From Hemiscyllium ocellatum (Eukaryota), in NCBI RefSeq assembly GCF_020745735.1, contig NC_083426.1, forward strand, positions 39,308,001-39,372,000: a stretch of 64,000 bases of DNA, given 5' to 3'. The position numbers and the translations under genes were made by a program. The notes beneath the pieces are model-generated. The model worked only from the letters and a program-made list of their open reading frames with translations. It searched no databases and had not been told where the DNA came from. Of this stretch, positions 58,401-64,000 are shown one piece after another. Position 1 is the first letter of the stretch. The number at the start of each line of letters is the position of its first letter.

Positions 58401-60877
58401 AGAGCATAGAATGTAAAAATTGACAAGTCATGTTGCAGTTGCATAGAACCTTAGTTAGGCCACATTTGGAATTTTGCATACAGCTCTGGTTGCCATGCTA
58501 CCAGAAGGATGTAGAGGGTGTAGAAATGGAGGGTATTAGCTATGAGGAGAGATTGGATAAACTCAGTTGAAGGATATAGGATGACCTGATACAAGTTTTA
58601 AAAATCATGATTGTTATATTTTCCAGGCTGGATACATCGACCACTAGGAGACGTAGGTTAAAGGAAAAATCTAAAGGAGATGAGAGGCAAATGCTTTTGT
58701 TTAAAAGAGGGTGGTACATGCCTGGAATACGCTGCCAAAGGGGATAATAATAACAGTATTTAAATGTATCATGACAGATGCATGAATAGGCAGGAATTAG
58801 AGGCAAATGGTTCTGTGTGTTGGGCACAGGCTTGATGGGCTGAAGGGCCAGTTCCTGTAAAGTACTGCTCTTCCTAAAAAAAAACTTAAAGAACTACGGA
58901 TGCTGTAAAATCAGAAACAGAAGTTGCTGGAAAAGCTCAGCAGGTCTGGCAGCATCTGTGGAGACAAATCTGAGTTAACATTTCTGATCCGGTGACCCTA
59001 AGGAAGGTTTCTGGGTGAGCTCTTGGAAGCTCAATGATAAAGCAAGCCTTAAATTGTGGGGATGGGAATGTAGCCAGGATGATCACATTTCATCCTCTAC
59101 CTGCTTTGCTGCTTTTTTGTATTGGATTAACTCCAGCTGTGGGGACTGACAGTCCGGTCACATGTTCTTATTCAAAGCAGCAGAAAATTGTATGGATTGT
59201 GGATTCACCAAAATGTTTTGTCAATTTTTCTTTTGCCTTAGACTGAAAAGGACATTCTGCTTCGTGATGACCTGGAGGAAATTCAAGCTCAGTATTCTGA
59301 CCGCTTTAGGTTGTGGTATACGGTAGATAAGGCTCCAGAAGGTAGATTGTAAACTTTATTTTAGAGTAAATAAAGCAATTTTGCATTCAATTCTTTTTAA
59401 TATTGATTAATGGAGGGCTTTTTAATTCATGTTCAATTCTGTATTCTTAATTTCACCATAAATAGAATTGGAGCTGTAATATTGTTTAGTTCATTGTTCT
59501 TTACAGGTATGTAAATGTATACATTTGGGAGCCAATCATATGAACCTTTCTGAGATTGTCTTTGACAGACATTTCTGAAGATTTTTGTCTCCAATTTGCC
59601 AAAAGCATTTCCCTGTGGTGGTTCAGTGCCCAACACTGGTGATTGAAAGTACAAAATACATGTTTTTAGTTTATAGTAGGGACGGAGAAGGGTGAAGAAT
59701 AGTTAAAATAGATTCCTTAAAAAAAGAGAAAGAGCAAGCTAAATGGGTAGTTCCTTGATTCAGTGTAGACTTAGGGTTAATTTCCCTTTGCTACACCAAA
59801 TGTATACTTTCCAGCATGTCACTTTTTTTCTCCCAAACCCAAGGAACAGTGAGACTAGCTGAAGTGCTCTGACTGAGGCTAACTAATTTGAAAACATGGA
59901 TCTAAACAGCATTGTGATTTACAGAAGAACTGATGTGTGGGAAATGAGGATTAGTATTAAAAGCGGAGGTTGATTACAATAAATGTTTGTGCAGAGTGAC
60001 TCATTAGAATATGGGATACCCTGCAAAGTTATTCACAGCAATTCAAAGCAAAAATATTAAGAAAATTGAATAAATGGAATAGAACGCCTTCAGACTGTGG
60101 GCTGAATGGCCTTTGAGCGGCTGAGTTAATACATTAACAATTCAGGTTATAATGGAGATTATTCTGAAGGATAAGTATTTGCTCAAATCATCATTTTGGA
60201 AGGATTAACTACAAACAAAAACAGGAATCCCTGCAGAAACTCCCAAGTCTGGCCGCATTTGTGGAGATAGTGTTAACAGTTTGATGCCAGTGATCCTTTT
60301 TCAAAACATCTAATTACAGATTTCCTTCCACACTGATCAGAAGTGTTAGCCAGTGCAACAACAATTAAATTGGGCCAGTTTCAAAATTTCAATGATCGTT
60401 TTTCCTCGTATAGTTTTTATTTAACATCTCTCTGGGAGCCTGATTTTTTTTTTCATTTCCCATTCATGGGATATACACATCAGAGCAGCCCAGCATTTAT
60501 TTGCCGATCCCTAATTGCCTTGAGATTTAATGTCTAAATCCACTTGACCTTACATTTTCTCTAATAATATCCTGACAAGGTAAATGTAATCCACCAAATG
60601 CCAGCTTTAAATGGGTATTCTTAGCATTGACCTGACATCAATAAAAGCTATGTAATAACTATGCAAAAAGATCTGTTGTTTAATGCAAATAATTTTTGTT
60701 CTAGGCTGGGATTACAGTGAAGGCTTTTTGAATGCCGAAATGATGAAGGAACACCTGCCACCACCTGGTGATGATGTCTTGATCCTCATGTGTGGTCCAC
60801 CTCCCATGATTCAATTTGCATGCAACCCCAACTTGGACAAGCTCGGATATTCGCAAGGAATGCGTTTTGTTTATTAA
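28431..60877 (+). CDS. cyb5r1: NADH-cytochrome b5 reductase 1, spliced CDS join(28431..28445,39847..39996,40078..40150,41866..41972,45126..45255,50059..50142,50314..50399,59242..59341,60705..60877), 305 aa
   Basis: Nine GT-AG exons (15,150,73,107,130,84,86,100,173 nt = 918 nt) splice into one open frame, [35 protein letters not shown]...RPYTP...GKMS...AGGSGITPM...YTVD...CGPPPM...[11 protein letters not shown]-family FAD and NADH motifs are present. The 5-codon exon 1, 305-aa length and C-terminus match CYB5R1 (human ends SQKMRFTY) better than CYB5R2 or CYB5R3. Confidence 0.93.
28831..28856 (+). repeat. poly-G tract (G22AGGG) in cyb5r1 intron 1
   Basis: Direct observation. Confidence 0.9.
30170..35310. 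mobile_element. cluster of nested degraded CR1 LINE pieces in intron 1
   Basis: +30170-30480 ([11 protein letters not shown] tail); -30500-31250; +31250-32430 ([25 protein letters not shown]); -32430-32620; +33000-35310 (ORF1 esterase through RT). Confidence 0.8.
36640..37670 (+). mobile_element. Penelope-like RT fragment interrupted by an HE1 SINE
   Basis: [28 protein letters not shown] and LPFLDL are PLE RT motifs. Confidence 0.85.
36779..37103 (-). mobile_element. HE1-type SINE
   Basis: Minus-strand head GGTGGCTCAGTGGCTAGTACTGCTGCCTCACAGTGCCAGGGACCCGGATTTGATTCC. Confidence 0.88.
38555..39470 (-). mobile_element. degraded Penelope-like element with pLTR
   Basis: [15 protein letters not shown] motif; pLTR with CTGAAGAAGGGTCACTGGTCTTGAAAC on the minus strand at ~38620-38647. 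Confidence 0.7.
39847..39996 (+). CDS. cyb5r1: cyb5r1 exon 2 (membrane anchor, start of FAD domain)
   Basis: ttatag|GCC...GAG|gtgagt; [50 protein letters not shown]. Confidence 0.93.
40078..40150 (+). CDS. cyb5r1: cyb5r1 exon 3
   Basis: ttaacag|GTT...G|gtaagt; [24 protein letters not shown]. Confidence 0.96.
41866..41972 (+). CDS. cyb5r1: cyb5r1 exon 4 (RxYT flavin-binding motif)
   Basis: ctacag|GA...AAG|gtaatg; [36 protein letters not shown]. Confidence 0.96.
42665..42832. mobile_element. degenerate fold-back element of the second PLE lineage (intron 4)
   Basis: ttggtctgttcactgagctggtaggtttgttggc and gccaacaaacctgtcagctcagcaaacagaccaa are inverted arms related to 50573-51089. Confidence 0.7.
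45126..45255 (+). CDS. cyb5r1: cyb5r1 exon 5 (GKMS motif)
   Basis: ttctgaag|ATC...AAAG|gtgaaa; [43 protein letters not shown]. Confidence 0.96.
46715..47030 (+). mobile_element. SINE-like repeat (related copies at ~41095-41410 +, ~43595-43920 -, ~5960-6440 -)
   Basis: Shared gaccatgaaac...ggaaatctgtcatcct...aaatgctggcctagcc segments. Confidence 0.55.
47690..48700 (+). mobile_element. CR1 ORF2 3' portion
   Basis: FADD motif region; [15 protein letters not shown]...[14 protein letters not shown]. Confidence 0.88.
48748..49047 (-). mobile_element. HE1-type SINE
   Basis: Minus-strand head GGTGGCACAATGGTGAGCACTGCTGCCTCACAGCACCAGGGACCCTGGTTCAATTCC. Confidence 0.88.
50059..50142 (+). CDS. cyb5r1: cyb5r1 exon 6
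   Basis: ctcctag|GG...TCTG|gtaggt; [28 protein letters not shown]. Confidence 0.95.
50314..50399 (+). CDS. cyb5r1: cyb5r1 exon 7
   Basis: ttctgaag|GT...CAA|gtgagt; [29 protein letters not shown]. Confidence 0.96.
50648..50687 (-). ncRNA. minimal type I hammerhead ribozyme motif (antisense twin)
   Basis: Minus strand GCACTGATGACGTTCCCTAGCCAGGGAACGAAACGTTTGC. Confidence 0.75.
51015..51054 (+). ncRNA. minimal type I hammerhead ribozyme motif
   Basis: GCA-CUGAUGA-U-GUUCCCU(AGCC)AGGGAAC-GAA-ACGU-U|UGC: stem I GCA/UGC, 7-bp stem II, palindromic ACGU in place of stem III, GUU triplet with predicted cut after 51051. Confidence 0.75.
51318..52020 (-). mobile_element. CR1 3' fragment
   Basis: [26 protein letters not shown]. 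Confidence 0.88.
54036..54240 (+). mobile_element. PLE pLTR + tail insertion inside CR1
   Basis: Similar to the pLTRs of 54466-55080; splits the CR1 sequence ccatgctgacta|cctaatc. Confidence 0.7.
54466..55080 (-). mobile_element. Penelope-like element fragment (GIY-YIG) with inverted pLTR
   Basis: Minus strand [40 protein letters not shown]; inverted pLTR + tail at 54975-55080; imperfect 15-bp TSD CTTGGTTATATCTGG (54451-65) vs CTTGGATGTATCTGG (55081-95). Confidence 0.85.
57050..58870 (+). mobile_element. degraded CR1 ORF2
   Basis: [31 protein letters not shown], 3' tail. Confidence 0.85.
58880..59000 (-). mobile_element. PLE pLTR half-element
   Basis: gttgctggaaaagctcagcaggtctggcagcatctgtggag...gagttaacatttc; a weaker copy lies at ~60215-60305. 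Confidence 0.7.
59242..59341 (+). CDS. cyb5r1: cyb5r1 exon 8
   Basis: ccttag|ACT...GAAG|gtagat; [33 protein letters not shown], including the Asp associated with NADH preference (YTVD). Confidence 0.96.
60705..60877 (+). CDS. cyb5r1: cyb5r1 exon 9 coding part (CGPPPM motif, stop)
   Basis: gttctag|GC...TAT TAA; [57 protein letters not shown]. Confidence 0.96.
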
Positions 60878-62323
60878 GTGTTGAGGTTCCTATATTTAGC
60901 TTTGGGGATGTGATTTGCAAACTAAGTGGAAATATTTGCACTCAAAACAGTGGTGTTTGCCTTACTACTGGTATTAAGAGACATAAACTGGTTTGTATGC
61001 ATGTTGCATTTAATACTGTCATTCTCTATATCATGTATGTGTTTGAATTTGTACAAACATGTACAATGTATACAGTGCTGTACAGTCACTTAATCTGTTT
61101 AGAAAGCTTAAAATTCATGTTCAGTGCACCTGGAACTAAATATATGGATTCACTTCTCTCACTAATGGAAACCGTTTAAAGATGTCAGTTTGCTCCATGA
61201 AACTTATAAAAATATATAAAGCAATCAAGAGGGACTGTGGTCACATGCAGGTGGATTTGTTGTACTTTTGAATTCTACCACCTTTATTTTTTTTATTTGC
61301 ACTTCATGTGTTGTACTGGCACTGAAAATGCATGTAAGTTAGTGATTCTCTGATGCACCCAATGGTGACCAAGTGATGCAGCATTCAGGATATGCAACAA
61401 ATTAATCTTTACCTTTTTAGTAATTTTTCTGAATTAAAAATCATGGGACTGGATGGTGTAATAATGAGCATGCTCACTGCTGTGTTGTCCCAAGATTTAA
61501 AGGACTGAAAATTTCCTCTGGTACTTTTTTTTAAAAAAGTAAAATCAGGCTGGTCGGAACACTCAGGATGATATTTTAGAAAGAATCACACAAGCATTTC
61601 AGGAGGGTTCTAATTTGAAGCCGAATGTTCAGACACATTTTTGGACTTATGATAAGTTGCAAGCTCACCAAGTTAAATAAGAATGCAAATATCAAACACT
61701 GGTAATAGGATCTTCAGTTATTGCAAAGCTAGCTGGATATAGTTCAATAGCAGTAATAGTCTGATTCGAATCTTTCTATTAAGGCTTCACAGAATACATT
61801 GTCCTCATTTTAGTGTGCCTGTCCAAATGATAAATAGCCTTGTCTATCTGCTTTTATCTAGTCAATGTTTCCCAGTGATCAGTTATAACTTTACCTGAAG
61901 TATCTGTGCCTTAAGTAATTTAGTTTTTCTTTGTTGAGAAGTCCTTCAAGATGTCCACTGTCAAAGCCTGCATTGCTGCAGGTTTTGTTTTGATCTAACT
62001 TTTAGAGTAGCTGTAACGTTTGCTTATTTAAAATACATGCAACTCTCAACTGAGTTTGATTTTCAGGGATCTGGAAACTTTGTTTTGTTGGAGAGACAGT
62101 GCCACATTGGAAATTGCTCAGCTAAGAAGAAAATAGTACCCCAAATGGCTCTTAGCAACACTGCATCAAGATCTATCCATTTCTGTGCAAAACAAACCAA
62201 TCAGCTGCTTCAATCATTAGTTGAAGTATAATTGAATGATACACTTTTGGATTTGTCCTGAATATTCTTTTAGTAAATTTGGAAGATCACTGTTTTTGAG
62301 AGTGATGTATGGCACAGAATACA

Positions 62324-62329
62324 AATAAA
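62324..62329 (+). terminator. candidate polyadenylation signal of cyb5r1
   Basis: AATAAA with upstream TGTA and a downstream T/GT-rich tract; alternatives are ATTAAA at 61433 and AATAAA at 62870. Confidence 0.45.
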
Positions 62330-63469
62330 ATCCTTTTGGTGAATAATTTTGTGTATTGTAATGACTTAGACCTTCAGTTTTGGAGTTATTGAAATTCAGT
62401 ATGAACAATATAAGTTTGTTCAAAAGCTCTTTAAAAATCACAAGCTATTTTGCATTTATTTGAGGCATGTTGTAGAAGTACAACAAGTAAACATGCAGCA
62501 CAAACCTTATACACACACACACCACCTTTTTAACATTAAACCCATCCAAGGCTCTTCAGAGGAGTGCATGAGAAGAAGTCACGTGAAATATGGAGAGAAT
62601 CCTGGAGGGCAACCTACATCTGTTGGTAGTCAGTCCCATGTTGCAAGATTTGGAGAAATTGAATTATCAATATTGGAGTTCAAGCTTGAAAAGGTAATGA
62701 GGCATGTGCCCTCATAATATTTAGAATGCCAGCCCCATCTCCTTGGAAAGTGCTTGTTAGCCACTCAATCATCATCCTGCCTCAGTTTAACCCTCTCTAA
62801 CCTTTCCACTGAGTTTTATGAATCAGAATTCGGGTTTTCTTTTGATGTTTCAACCTCTTGTCTGACCTAAATAAAAATTTGAAATTTGTCCTACTATCTG
62901 AGAAGAAGGACGCAACTTCATTAAAAGTCTATTTGAAGCTGTACCATACACTTCAACAACTACCTTTTTATATATAGGTCAGGAGTTGGAGGTTGAAGAG
63001 TAAATTTATTTGGAGAAAAATTTGTTTTTGCTTTAAGCATTGTTGCCTTGTATGGGCTTGCATTCAATATTGCTGATAATCATTTGCAGCAAAAGGATTT
63101 TTACGCGGGGAAGTTGCTCAATCTGGGAGTTACCTAAGTAAACTAACCTTTGTTAGCATTGTCACCCATCCCTTCCCTATTAAAAATACTGCATTTGTTT
63201 TAAAATTGCTACACAATGGAACTCAACCTGGAAATGAGAACAGACTAAATCTTAAACTTTGTTCTTAAACCACGTTCACCTTGTGGTTAATAATTACATT
63301 ATTGGGGGGAGAGGAGGAGGGTGTTTACTATTGGCACCTTGTTAAACCATGGAGGGGCAGGGGTACTGTCTCCACATGACCTAATTAAAAATCAAACCTG
63401 TTGGATTATAACCTGGTGTTCTGTTCACCCTTTGTCCAGCCCAGTCCCACACCTGCTCCACCTGGTTAG

Positions 63470-63720
63470 CCGCGGGGTGGGTGGGGGGTGTGGGAAGAAG
63501 CTGGGCTCACCTTGTAGTTACGTGTTTCACCACGGGAGGGCACTGTCGGCAGTTTGTAGTGACACGATTTCGCCGTGGAGGGGCGCTGTCACAGACCGGA
63601 AGCTTTGTAGGGACCCGCCAAACGCAGCGGAAATTACGATAGTAAGGTTCGAATCAGCAGCGGGGAAAGGAGGGGGAGGGAAGAAAGCGAAGTTTCTACC
63701 CGGGCAGGGGGGAGTCGAGT
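63470..63720 (+). promoter_or_regulatory. second CpG-rich promoter with candidate non-coding first exon of the downstream gene (possibly adipor1)
   Basis: CpG cluster; ETS-like CCGGAAG at ~63596; CTCF-like 18-mers at 63530 and 63573; donor-like ATA|gtaagg at 63641/63642. In mammals ADIPOR1 follows CYB5R1 in the same orientation. Confidence 0.55.
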
Positions 63721-64000
63721 GATACCCTGAGGGTGAGGGTGAGGGAGGGGGTGGGTGCAGTGGTAAACTATGTGTTTGGAGATTTAAGAAGAGGTGAGTG
63801 TGACAGTTGGATGGGGAGGAGGGACATGCAGGAAGTGAGAGCTGTGATAACAAGACAGGCTGGAGCAACAATAACAGACAGCAAAAAGGAGAGTGTGGCA
63901 CCATGGAAGGACAGTATTATTCCCAACTAAAGCACAAAGAGAAAGGAAAGTTCCAAACAGGCATGAGATAAATGTGAAAGTTGGACTGGAGGTGGGAGAT

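Noticed and set aside
28431-60877. Alternative assignment as cyb5r2 or cyb5r3
   Set aside because: CYB5R3 has a 7-codon first exon and 301 aa, and mammalian CYB5R2 lacks this anchor. The 15+150-nt exons, 305 aa and MRFxY end favour cyb5r1; a phylogeny would be decisive.
63321-63930. 125-133 aa GC-rich ORFs at the window end
   Set aside because: Low-complexity Pro/Gly-rich translations of promoter and repeat sequence; no ADIPOR1-like coding sequence inside the window.

Overview
AT-rich, repeat-dense vertebrate genomic DNA, most likely a shark: it carries HE1-type elasmobranch tRNA-derived SINEs and abundant CR1 and Penelope-like elements (PLEs). It contains one complete protein-coding gene on the + strand, a 9-exon NADH-cytochrome b5 reductase (28431-60877; 918-nt CDS, 305 aa). 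Its exon sizes, 5-codon first exon, length and C-terminus point to cyb5r1. A CpG-rich promoter at ~28150-28430 has NRF1, RFX X-box and three tandem CTCF-like motifs. A second CpG-rich promoter-like region at ~63470-63720 may start the next gene (adipor1 by mammalian synteny; inference only). The rest is mostly nested mobile DNA: CR1 LINEs (one near full length), PLE fragments, HE1 SINEs, a TA-flanked Tigger-like MITE, and two head-to-head solo LTRs just upstream of the cyb5r1 promoter. The most striking signal is a set of short PLE-derived fold-back insertions with 10-15 bp target-site duplications that carry minimal hammerhead ribozyme cores (CUGANGA-stem II-GAA-palindrome-UH). The best one, in cyb5r1 intron 7, has an intact core on both strands inside a ~198-bp hairpin. 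Exon, TSD and motif coordinates were read base by base; boundaries of old repeats are approximate.
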